DNA from: Octopus sinensis
Lineage: Eukaryota
Length of the DNA stretch: 64,000 nt
Direction: 5' to 3'
Assembly (NCBI RefSeq): GCF_006345805.1
Contig: NC_043008.1
Location: 72,478,001-72,542,000, forward strand
Below the pieces are notes generated by a model that had not been told where the DNA came from, did not search any database, and saw only the letters and a list, made by a program, of their open reading frames with translations. Below are positions 41,813-52,329 of the stretch, piece after piece. Made by a program: the position numbers and the translations under genes. The stretch's first letter is position 1. The number at the start of each line of letters is the position of its first letter.

Positions 41813-41847
<35 letters not shown>

Positions 41848-42252
41848 TTGGGAGAAAAAGAGAGAATACATTATGAGGGAAGCATTTTTTGCCAATACTT
41901 AAAAAAAATAAAATTAATTTTTTTATGCCTTTTTGAGAGAACACACCTATAACTGTCCTGTCAACTAGTACTACAGGAAGAATCAATGTTTTATGAGGCA
42001 CACACACACACACATACGCACACACACACACACACACGCACACACACACACGCATACACTCACACACACACACAATATTCCATGTTCATAGAAAATCAAT
42101 CCCACTTGGAACCACAACCCATTCGACACACTCAACTGCGCTGACTCAAATCATATACTTAATCCACACTATATAATATTTACTGACATATTACACTCAC
42201 ACATTGCTTATGTATATGTACATGTGTTTGTGTGTGTGTATGTAACTGCGTG

Positions 42253-42292
<40 letters not shown>

Positions 42293-43436
42293 ATACATTA
42301 AGCTCAAATCACTGAAAAGTATTGCACACACTCATATTACACATTTAAAATTAAGACACATTTCCTACTTGCTTTTTGTGACTTGTATTTCATAAACAGG
42401 ATGTGCAAGAATTAAATGCATATCACACACAAACATTGCACACAACATTCCCCTATTCACTCAAGCAATACACATGTCACTTGCACATTACCCAAACATC
42501 TCTCCCATTCACACTCACTCACTAGTAAACACACACACACACACACACGCTTGTATTCATACACATACAAACACACATATTCCTTACTGACACTTGTACA
42601 CATCAAACTAATGAACATCAAATTCACAGATTCACACACACACTTACTTCCCATTGACACCTACACCTCCTTCCAAATGACATATACTTCCCTTCAACTG
42701 ACACATCCTATTCAGTGACACAGTACTTCCCCCAGACATAAATGTACATGTCTTTCTCATTGATACATTTGCATACATTCTTTTCACTGACACCCACTCC
42801 AGCAACACACACACTTGCACACACATACAAATAAACATCTCTCTCTCTCACTCACATACACACATACCTCTCCTTCTGATGCACCCACAGATATTCATAT
42901 CACTCCCACATACATATATACTTCCCATCATTGAAACACACACCCTTTTTTTTTAACTTTTTCCGCTCCTTACAGAAGGTCCCAGTACCTTCAAATAAAT
43001 AGACCCTACTAAGAGAGTTTCTGGAACTTGTGTTAAATTTGCAATGAATCAGCTTTAAAACAAAAGAAATGAGATGCACCCTCCCATCTAACTAATTCTC
43101 CTCACGATGTTCTGATGAAGCTGAGGCCATTGAACACATTTACCTATGGTACCACATCTACGCATGTGGCCACACTCCTGTACACTACACACAGCCACCC
43201 TTGAACATGCAAATACACTGCACACAACTATTCTTGCACATGCAGCTGCACCTATATATACAGTACATATTGCTTCGTGGTTGCCTGGGACAATCCAAGC
43301 AAAGATCATCAAATGATGAATGCAAACATGCACTACAATGCTGCATACCTCCACACCCAAGCTGACTTGACCAATAAATAAATTATTTACATTATTTACA
43401 TTTGACAGATATTTGTTCTCACCTTGTTTGTTGTTA

Positions 43437-43482
43437 AACACAATGTTTCGGCTGATACACCCTTCAGTCTTCATCAGGTATC
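43437..43482 (-). ncRNA. Minimal hammerhead motif, partly decayed
   Basis: GAUAC CUGAUGA A GACUGA AGGGUGUA UCAGCC GAAAC AUU GUGUU. Confidence 0.6.
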
Positions 43483-43529
43483 TTGGGGAAATTTCAAACA
43501 TGGGTTATCATTCCTAAGGTATTTTTCGA

Positions 43530-43570
<41 letters not shown>

Positions 43571-43636
43571 TCACTACCTGGGATTGAACTCAGAAAATAC
43601 CATAGGAATGAGATCCCAGGTTCGAAAATTCCCCAA

Positions 43637-43682
43637 GACACCTGATGAAGGCTAAAGAGTATATCAGCTGAAACGTTGTGTT
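43637..43682 (+). ncRNA. Minimal hammerhead motif (stem III reduced to the palindrome ACGU)
   Basis: GACAC CUGAUGA A GGCU...AGCU GAAAC GUU/GUGUU; stem I GACAC:GUGUU. Confidence 0.65.
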
Positions 43683-44211
43683 AACAACAAACAAGATGAG
43701 AACAAATATCTGTGAAATGTAAATAATGTACATAATTCCTCATTGCTAAAATATAGAACTGTAATAAATAAATGCATTGAACTTGCTCAATGCAAATGGC
43801 CAAAAAAACAAAAAGAAAATATGTGTGTATATATCACACACGTGTGCATGCATAAACACACACACATATCTTTTATCTTTTGCTTGTTTCAGGTTTTGGA
43901 TTGGGGCCATGCTGTGGAACCCCTTTGAAGGGTTTAATCAACCAAATTAACCCCAGAATTGAAGATTTTGTTTTCAAGCCTGCTTTTTATTCTATCTGTT
44001 ACTTTTCCTGAACTACTAAGTTACAGGGACATAAAGAAAGCAACACTAGTTGTCAGGTAGTAGTATGGAACAAATAAATACACACACAAACACACACACA
44101 CAAACATGTCTGTTGTCTAGCATGTAAATTTTCCATTTGTTCTTTTTTGCATCCATCTGTTCAATTTTTGAATGTGTATATATATATATATATATATTTA
44201 TTTTATAGAAG

Positions 44212-44264
44212 GAGCTTCTACAGGACTAGAACTGTTTCATTCAAAAGAAATCATCAGGAAGCTC
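44212..44264 (-). ncRNA. Type I hammerhead ribozyme (mirror copy)
   Basis: Exact reverse complement of 44267-44319. Confidence 0.85.
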
Positions 44265-44266
44265 CT

Positions 44267-44319
44267 GAGCTTCCTGATGATTTCTTTTGAATGAAACAGT
44301 TCTAGTCCTGTAGAAGCTC
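44267..44319 (+). ncRNA. Type I hammerhead ribozyme
   Basis: GAGCUUC CUGAUGA U UUC-UUUU-GAA U GAA ACAG-UUCUAGUC-CUGU A/GAAGCUC: 7-bp stem I, 3-bp stem II, 4-bp stem III, GUA site, predicted cleavage after 44312. Confidence 0.88.
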
Positions 44320-44400
44320 CTTCTATAAAATAAATTAATTTACTCTGCTATGTATTGAGTACCTTATTTACTGTGGTTAACCCCGACTCAACCCGGGACC

Positions 44401-44479
<79 letters not shown>

Positions 44480-44777
44480 AGTAAAGCTAAAACTCTAGAG
44501 GCATTTGTGTGTACCTGAAATATCTCAGAAATAGTAAATTTTATCTTAATTTTTTTGGCATATTTATTTTCATACTTACCATCGGTAGTGCAGTACAAAA
44601 TTTTGTGATATAAGGACCTCTATTTAAGCAATTAAATACAATCATTTTTATTTCTTGACAAAATAAAACATGGCTTCAGTGACATCAACATACACATAGA
44701 ATAATCACACATATAATGAATGTCATAGTGTGTCAATCGACACAAACACACATCCACTATATACGACATATACACAC

Positions 44778-45500
44778 TCAAAGCCAGATTTCATGGGAGA
44801 GCTGCAATCAGAAAACCACTACTTTCAAAAACAAATGTCGCAAAGCATTTTGAGTGGAGAAAAACCAACAGAATTGTTCCTGAGAGCAGTGGAAGAATGT
44901 TATTTTCTCAGACATGTCATCCTTTACCTCGTTTCTGACCACTGGCCGAGTAAATGTGTGGAGTCAGCCAAAAGAAGCATTTGACCCAGACTACCTCCTT
45001 CCAACTGTTAAACATGGAAGGGGATCTGTGATGATCTTGGGGGTGGTAGCTATGTCTCAGAAATCCACCGATCCATTGGTTTCCCTTCATGACAGAATTA
45101 ATTGTCAAGACTATTTAAGCATTTTATCTGATCAAATCAATCCTTCCATTGCCGAATAGTTTCCGGAGGAAAACGCAATCTTTCAGGATGATAATTCACC
45201 AATTCACACAGAAAAATTTGTTACTGAATGACATGAGGAACATTCTAGTGAAGCTAAACATCTTCTCTGACCACCACAGACCCCAGATCACAATATTACT
45301 GAACATTTAAGGGGCATTTTAGGAAAACAGGTAAGGTGTCTATATCCTCCATCATCATCACTACAAGAAATGGAGACTGTTTTAGCTGAAGAATGGACAA
45401 AAATTCAAGGTGTAGTTACTGCCAAAGGTGGTCCTACCCCATATTAAAATAAATTTGTTTGAAATTTTTAGCTGTTTCTGTTATTTTGTCCAACCCCTAT
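44778..45500 (+). mobile_element. Tc1-like transposon, 3' half with right TIR
   Basis: TGRVNVWSQPKEAFDPDYLLPTVKHGRGSVMILG, FQDDNSPIHT and PPQTPDHNITEHL remnants; ends ttattttgtccaacccc-TA. Confidence 0.85.
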
Positions 45501-45529
45501 ATATGTATATGTGTATATGTATATATGTA

Positions 45530-45585
<56 letters not shown>

Positions 45586-45640
45586 TATACGTATGTGTAT
45601 ATGTATATGTATATATATATATGTATATGTATATATATAT

Positions 45641-46115
45641 ACAATTAAAGGCCTCTAAATTAGGATGCCGAGTGCTGGGGACACAAAAAGAAGATGAACT
45701 TATCGAGAGTGAAAATCAAAAACATTTACCGATAACTTTACACCTCGGACCGATCAGTTTCTGCCTCTTTCTAGCAAAACACAAAATATGTTTGCTAAGG
45801 CTGGCTTTATCAACGAGTCGCCTAAATTGAATCGAGGTCTGCAGCGATGTGAGAACATGCGTCGATCTCGACTACTAGCAGATCTTAACTTTTCAAATCT
45901 CTGCGCAGACGCAAAATCTACAGGGCAGAATAGGGCATGCCGGGAAGAATTTTACGAATAAATTCATCATGTAAATATGCGAATATAAACAAGAAGGGTA
46001 GAAATATTAGTTACTACCGGGTCTGCAGATCTATACGAATAATATTTTTGTCTTATGACTGATTCGTCTTTTGTGCTGGGCACCAGGTAGTAACTAATAT
46101 TTCTACCCTTCTTGT
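45641..46115 (-). mobile_element. Non-coding hammerhead-bearing element between microsatellites, with a 30-bp inverted repeat (45989-46018 / 46086-46115)
   Basis: CpG-rich island bounded by (TA)n and (TG)n; perfect IR acaagaagggtagaaatattagttactacc. Confidence 0.7.
45744..45817 (-). ncRNA. Hammerhead ribozyme motif with U3-A8 core variant
   Basis: CUCG UUGAUAA A GCC...UUAGCAAA..UUUGCUAG...GGC A GAA ACUG-AU-CGGU C/CGAG; stem I CUCG:CGAG, GUC site. Confidence 0.7.
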
Positions 46116-46399
46116 GTGTGCGTATGTGTGTGCGTATATGTATATATATGTGTATATATATATGTATATATATGTATGTTTGTGTATTTATATATATATC
46201 TATGATATATATATATCCATGTTATCATCATCATCATCATCATCGCTTAACATCCGCTTTCCATGCTAGCATGGGTTGGACGATTTGACTGAGGTCTGGT
46301 GAACCACATGGCTGCACCAGATGCCAATCTGATCTGGCAGAGTTTCTACAGCTGGATGCCCTTCCTAATGCCAACCACTCCGAGAGTGTAGAGGGTGCT

Positions 46400-46720
46400 A
46401 ATTAACAGAATGTGATAAAAATCCAAGGCCATGAAAGATTTCAAAACATTTATAAAGAGAAGGGATATATAAAATATCCCGGAAACAGCTGTAAGACCTT
46501 CCCTTTATAAATGTTCTGAATTCTTTCACAGCCTTGGATTTTTATTTCATTCTGTTAATTTTTTATATGTGCACATGCTGATATATGACCTATGTTGGAC
46601 TCCTCATTCATATAATCACCGAACCTGGAGCTTAAATATAGTCTGTCCATAGCCCTTACTCAGCATTACCTGACACCTTTGGGTCTTCTTGACACCATTA
46701 CCTCTCATAACCTATTTATG
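46400..46720 (+). mobile_element. Fold-back element of the same family as 49826-50165, with a 5'-truncated hammerhead, lying between RTE 3' pieces
   Basis: 46400-46463 is inverted relative to about 46497-46560; retains GA-A-GGGAUAU-AUAAA-AUAUCCC-G-GAA-ACAGCUGU-A/AGAC but lacks CUGAU; tail ends in (TA)n. Confidence 0.8.
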
Positions 46721-46750
46721 TATATATGCATATATGTGTGTGTGTGTCTT

Positions 46751-48385
46751 AACTGGCAATGTTTCTACAGCTGGATGCCCTTCCTAACACCAACCACTTT
46801 GAGAGTGTAGTGGCTGCTTTTTATATGTCACTGTCACTGGAGATAGTTAGGTTGCACTGGCTTTGGCCACATTTGGGTGGTGTTTTTTATGTGCCACCAG
46901 CACAGGAGCCAGTCAGAGTGAGGGGGCTGGTCAGGCAGCTCTGGCAACAACCCATACATGAATGGTGCTTATTGCGTGCCACCAGCACTGGTATTTGTCA
47001 CAACTACCATTTCCATTTCATTGTGATTTGATTTAGATTTTGATATTGATTTACTTGACTCAATAAGTTTCATCAAGCATGGCATGTCGTCCGACGATTC
47101 AAAGATACTTTTTAAATGGGCTGGTTATGCAGCACTGGTGTATGCTATGGCTGTGATCTTACTTTTCTTGCCGAGCCTTCTCAGTCACAGCATATCTTCC
47201 AAGGTCTCGGTCACATGTCATTGCTTCAGTGAGGCCCAATTTTCGAAGGTCATGCTTCACCACCTAAACCCAGGTCTTCCTGGGTCTACATCTTCCACAG
47301 GTTACTTCTACTCCTAGGGTGTGACACTATTTCACACAGCTGTCCCTATCCATTCACAATACATGATTATACCAGTGCAGTCGTCTCTATTGCACGCTTA
47401 TGTCCAACATTTCTCTCAAGGCAATTACAATTTACACATCCAGTGGATCATACTAGCTTCATATCTTTCGGGCCCATGCATGTCTCCAGCAATCATGGTC
47501 CATGATTCACTGCCGTAAAGCATGATAGTTCACACACATGCATCAAACAATCTACCTTTCACTCTGAGCAAGAAGTCCTTAGTCACCAGTAGAGGTAGGA
47601 GCTTTCTTAATTTTGGCCAGACTATTCTAGTGCCAACGTTCTCTGAGCATCCACCCCCACTCAAGGCTTGGTTACCTAGGTAACAGAAGCTCTCAACTAC
47701 TTCTAGTTTCTTCCCCTGGCATGTGATGGAGTCAGTTTTTTGAGCATCTGCAGTGTTTCTCGCCCCTGTGCATCAGCCGCACACAAAAGCTATCTTCCTG
47801 GTTAACCTTCCTTTGATGTTGCTGCACCTTTTATGTATCCATAGCTTACACTGGCTACGTCTTATGGAGTTTCTACCTATGCCTTTTCTATAGATCAAGC
47901 AGGGCTATCTACCTGAAGGTGTTTGTGATGTGTTCGCCTTCCTACTTTGTAGGAACATTGACTCTAAGGTACATCGATTCTAAACCTTGCTTCCACACCT
48001 GAAATTTCTTCTCTAGTTCTGGTTGTGATTCTACTATGAGAGGATGGCCATCAGCATAGAACAGCTCCCAGTGGCAGCCTGTCTTGAATTCCTCTGTTAT
48101 TGCCTGGAGGACTATAATGAATAAGAGGAGGCTGAGGACTGATCCTTGGTGAAACCCTACTTCTACCCGGAATTCTTCGCTATACCCATTGCTGATTCTT
48201 ACCTTTCTAATGGCGTACAAGGCCTGTACATCTCTTATTAACCACTAGTCAATCCCCAGTATCTGCATCGCCCAATTAATTACTTTATCTAGCAGGGTAA
48301 TACCTATTTAGGTAACTAGTCCCTCTACAGGATCAACATTTGGCAGGCTTTCCTTCTCCCATTCATTCTCCACATTCAGCATATA
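46751..48385 (-). mobile_element. Decayed RTE LINE (RT, PHD-like region, C-terminus, 3' UTR) with an internal deletion
   Basis: ORF 47942-48220 HQGSVLSLLLFIIVLQAITEEFKTGCHWELFYADG; [12 protein letters not shown] at the 5' edge. Confidence 0.9.
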
Positions 48386-48493
48386 TCTATGTATATATAT
48401 ATATACACACACACAAATATATATAATATATATATATAATGTATATGTATATATGCATATATATATATATATATATATAGTATATATATATAT

Positions 48494-48587
<94 letters not shown>

Positions 48588-48588
48588 T

Positions 48589-48626
<38 letters not shown>

Positions 48627-48684
48627 GTATATATATATTATATATATATATATGGATATATATATATATATATATATATGTATA

Positions 48685-48771
<87 letters not shown>

Positions 48772-48933
48772 GTATATATATATAATATATATGTATATAT
48801 ATATATATATATATAATGTATATATATATATATATTTATGTATATATATATATATATATGTATGTATATATATTATATATATTTATGTATATATATATAT
48901 ATATATATTGTATATATATATATATATATTATG

Positions 48934-48965
<32 letters not shown>

Positions 48966-48992
48966 TATTATGTATATATATTATATATAATG

Positions 48993-49023
<31 letters not shown>

Positions 49024-49134
49024 GTTATATATATATTATATATATATATATGTATTATATATATATATATATATTAATATATTATATATATATATATATT
49101 TATGTATATATAATATATATATATATGATATAAT

Positions 49135-49197
<63 letters not shown>

Positions 49198-49210
49198 TTA
49201 TGTATATATA

Positions 49211-49249
<39 letters not shown>

Positions 49250-49330
49250 TATGTATAGATATATATGGATATATATAATATATATGTGTATATAGATATA
49301 TAGATAGATAGATAAATAAATACATATAAA
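48380..49330. repeat. Very long imperfect (TA)n tract (about 0.95 kb); further tracts at 49675-49824 and 50170-50575
   Basis: Direct inspection. Confidence 0.97.
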
Positions 49331-49677
49331 ATATAAAGAAAAGAGAAATGGAGAAATATTCATGAATAACTATTCAGTAACATTAATTAATATTTATCAA
49401 TTCAATTGAAATATATGCAGTGTATTTGTATTGAATTAATAAGTAATAACCGATGTAAATCAGTTGTTGTTCATCAATTTTTCTCTATTTTCTGTTTTCT
49501 TTAAACTTTGATTCCTCATAAACTCATGTTTATCCTCGTCTTTGCGAATAACTTTAGTGCATACTATGCTTTCATATGTTTGCTCATGGGTAAACATAGT
49601 TAATATACTGGTAGTATAATGGATACCTCTATCCCTTAGATAGTTATTTTAACCTCTAACTCAGCTAAACATTTATA

Positions 49678-49709
<32 letters not shown>

Positions 49710-49787
49710 CATATATATAAGTATATATATGTATATATATATGTGTGTGTGTATATATATATATATAAATATATATGTATATATATG

Positions 49788-49825
<38 letters not shown>

Positions 49826-49827
<2 letters not shown>

Positions 49828-50165
49828 TTAACAGAATGAGATAAAAATCAAAGGCTGTGGAAGATTTCAGAACATTTATAAAGAGAAAGTCTTACGGCTG
49901 TTTCCGGGATATTTTATATATCCCTTCATCAGAGACGGTGTAAGAAAACGGTTAAGTAATAGTTATTCTAGAAAAGATATGAAATAGAGAGTGAAGCAGA
50001 CTCTTATTTCATATCATCTCTAGAATAACTATTGCTTAACCATTTTCTCGCGCTGCCTCCAATAAAGGGATATATAAAATATCCCGGAAACAGGTGTAAG
50101 TCTTTCTCTTTATAAATGTTCTGAAATCTTTCACAGCCTTTGATTTTTATCTCATTCTGTTAATT
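49826..50165. mobile_element. Palindromic non-coding element (arms about 166 bp, centre about 49993-49999) in (TA)n; intact hammerhead in the left arm, decayed one in the right
   Basis: Arms are reverse complements; the right-arm core reads CCAAUAA (50059-50065) instead of CUGAUGA. Confidence 0.88.
49889..49936 (-). ncRNA. Type I hammerhead ribozyme motif
   Basis: GUCU CUGAUGA A GGGAUAU-AUAAA-AUAUCCC G GAAAC AGCC GUA/AGAC; 7-bp stem II, stem I GUCU:AGAC. Confidence 0.82.
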
Positions 50166-50360
50166 TACATGTATATATATATATATATTATATATATATA
50201 TATTATATATATATATATATATATAAATACAGAATGGGACAAGAACACAAAACATTCAAATAGACGATACAAAAAACACGGACGGGTCATTCGAAGCCTC
50301 TAATCTACAGTCAAGAACTGGATCATCCTCGCAATTTCGGCTGATAAATCTTGAGATTGC

Positions 50361-50413
<53 letters not shown>

Positions 50414-50494
50414 TATAATATATATATGCACACACACACATATATATGCATATATATACTTATATATATGTATCTATGTATATTATATATACAT

Positions 50495-50548
<54 letters not shown>

Positions 50549-50559
50549 ATATGTATATA

Positions 50560-50590
<31 letters not shown>

Positions 50591-50601
50591 TAGATAGATA
50601 G

Positions 50602-51368
50602 ATGGCGTCCAACAACATCAGAGACTTGGGAGTAACAGTGGACAACAACATAAGCTGGGCTACACATATAAGCACCAAAGTTGACATGGCCCGCAGAATG
50701 TGTTCCTGGATTCTCAGAACCTTCCAGTTGAGAGATTCCCACGCTATTATCCTTCTGTTCTCCACTTTTGCCCGACCCCACCTTGAATACTGCTGTCCAC
50801 TGTGGTCTGCCTACACAAAACAAAATATTATGAGAATTGAAGCTCCCCAAAGGGCAATCACAAAAAACATAGATGGCATGTCAGACCTTGACTACTGGGG
50901 TAGACTAGAGTAGCTGAAACTGTATTCAATCCAACGACGCCGTGAACGCTACATTATCTGTATGATGTGGAAAATATTCCATCAGCACTGTCCGAATGAT
51001 GTTGGCATCACCTTCAAAATACATCCAAGGCTTGGACCACGTGCCATCCGTCTACAACAAAAATCTAAATCGCATCACATAACGACAATATGGCACAATT
51101 ATTTCACCTCAATTGGACCCGCTCTCTTCAACATTACACCAGGACATGTCAAAACAGAAACTGACCACACAAAATTCAAGAAGTCTTTGGACAAATTCCT
51201 TCAAACAGTCCTGGACAAACCACCCACACCCGGATATGTCTCCGCAAACAATAACTCTCTGCTCGAATGGACCTCGGTGCCCAAATCCTGAATTGAAAGA
51301 CTTCGCCAGGTGGTGCTATTAAGTTAGACATGGCCTGGGCCAATACTGGCCAAAACCTTTCTAAGTTA
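50602..51368 (+). mobile_element. 5'-truncated CR1-type LINE (RT C-terminus and 3' end)
   Basis: [14 protein letters not shown]...[12 protein letters not shown]; ends ctaagtta-(TA)n; same family as 52330-54488. Confidence 0.85.
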
Positions 51369-51485
51369 TATATATGTGTGTGCATGCATCTATGTATATA
51401 TATATATTGGCCTGGTGCAGCCTTCGGGCTCCCCAGACCCCAGTTGAACCGTCCAACCCATGCTAGCATGGAAAACGGACGCTAA

Positions 51486-51554
<69 letters not shown>

Positions 51555-51556
51555 TG

Positions 51557-51601
<45 letters not shown>

Positions 51602-51628
51602 ACACACATACACAAACACACACACATA

Positions 51629-52325
51629 TAGGGTTTGCACAAAATAATGGAAACACCTAGCATCATAGCATTATAATTTTGAAATATCTATAAAACCGTC
51701 AAACGCTTGTTTATTTTCATGCTTTTTGATTTATTATTAGTTTTGCTAAAATTGCTGTTTCATTTCAGATATCATCAGAAAAAGGTAATTAAAATTCATT
51801 AAAATGACAGATCTATCGAACTTTCAATGAGGTCAAATTGCTGGTGATCACTAGCAGACACTAGCGTGATGAAAGTAGCCAAAATGTTTGGTGCATCAAG
51901 AAGTACTGTACCGAAAGTAATGACATCCCTTGGGAATGAGGGAAAAACCACCTCATCAAAACAAACTCTGGAAGGGGCTCACAGACAAATACGTGAATTC
52001 TTAGAAAGAATTACAAAAATACAGCTCCCAAATTTACTGCAGAGCTTAATGACCACCTCGAGAACATAGTTTCCATAAAATCTGTTTGCTCGGAGCTGCG
52101 CAAAGCCAGATTTTATGGGAGGACTGCAAACCACTACTTTCAAAACAGACGTTGCAAAGCATTTAAAGTGGAGTGAAAACCTACAGAATTGGTCCTTAGA
52201 GCAGTTGAATTATGTTATTTTCTCAGACTAGTAATCCTTTACTTTGTTGCTTACTATTGGCCAAGTATTCATGTGGAAACTGCTAAAAGAAGCATTTGAC
52301 CCAGACTGCCTTCTTCCAACTGTTA
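51629..52325 (+). mobile_element. Tc1-like transposon, left TIR and 5' half
   Basis: TA-gggtttgcacaaaataatggaaacacc matches the reverse complement of the right end at about 45470-45498; KVAKMFGASRSTVPKVM HTH remnant; overlaps in sequence with the 44778 copy. Confidence 0.85.
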
Positions 52326-52329
52326 ATTA

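Larger units (their letters stand above)
43381..43762. mobile_element. Inverted-repeat non-coding element (arms about 43381-43527 / 43592-43737) with a hammerhead in each arm and (TTA)n in the spacer
   Basis: Arms align as diverged reverse complements; the right arm continues into an unpaired tail. Confidence 0.8.
44196..44402. mobile_element. Perfect palindrome (69-bp arms 44196-44264 / 44267-44335, 2-nt spacer) plus a ~65-bp tail, embedded in (TA)n
   Basis: Arms are exact reverse complements; the tail ends ccccgactcaacccgggacc-(TA)n. Confidence 0.92.

Noticed and set aside
44572-44580. ATACTTACC, matching the U1 snRNA 5' end or a minus-strand splice donor
   Set aside because: Downstream sequence does not follow U1, and no supportable upstream exon or acceptor was found.
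48453-49363. Long Y/I-rich ORFs (also at 8.6-9.2, 13.2-13.6, 26.7-27.2, 54.4-54.8 and 58.2-58.6 kb)
   Set aside because: Translations of (TA)n/(CA)n microsatellites.
50228-50366. (TA)n-flanked insert with minus-strand CAGCCGAAA and CUGUAGA words
   Set aside because: Boxes are not in an arrangement giving a hammerhead with paired stem I and an NUH site; probably a repeat fragment.
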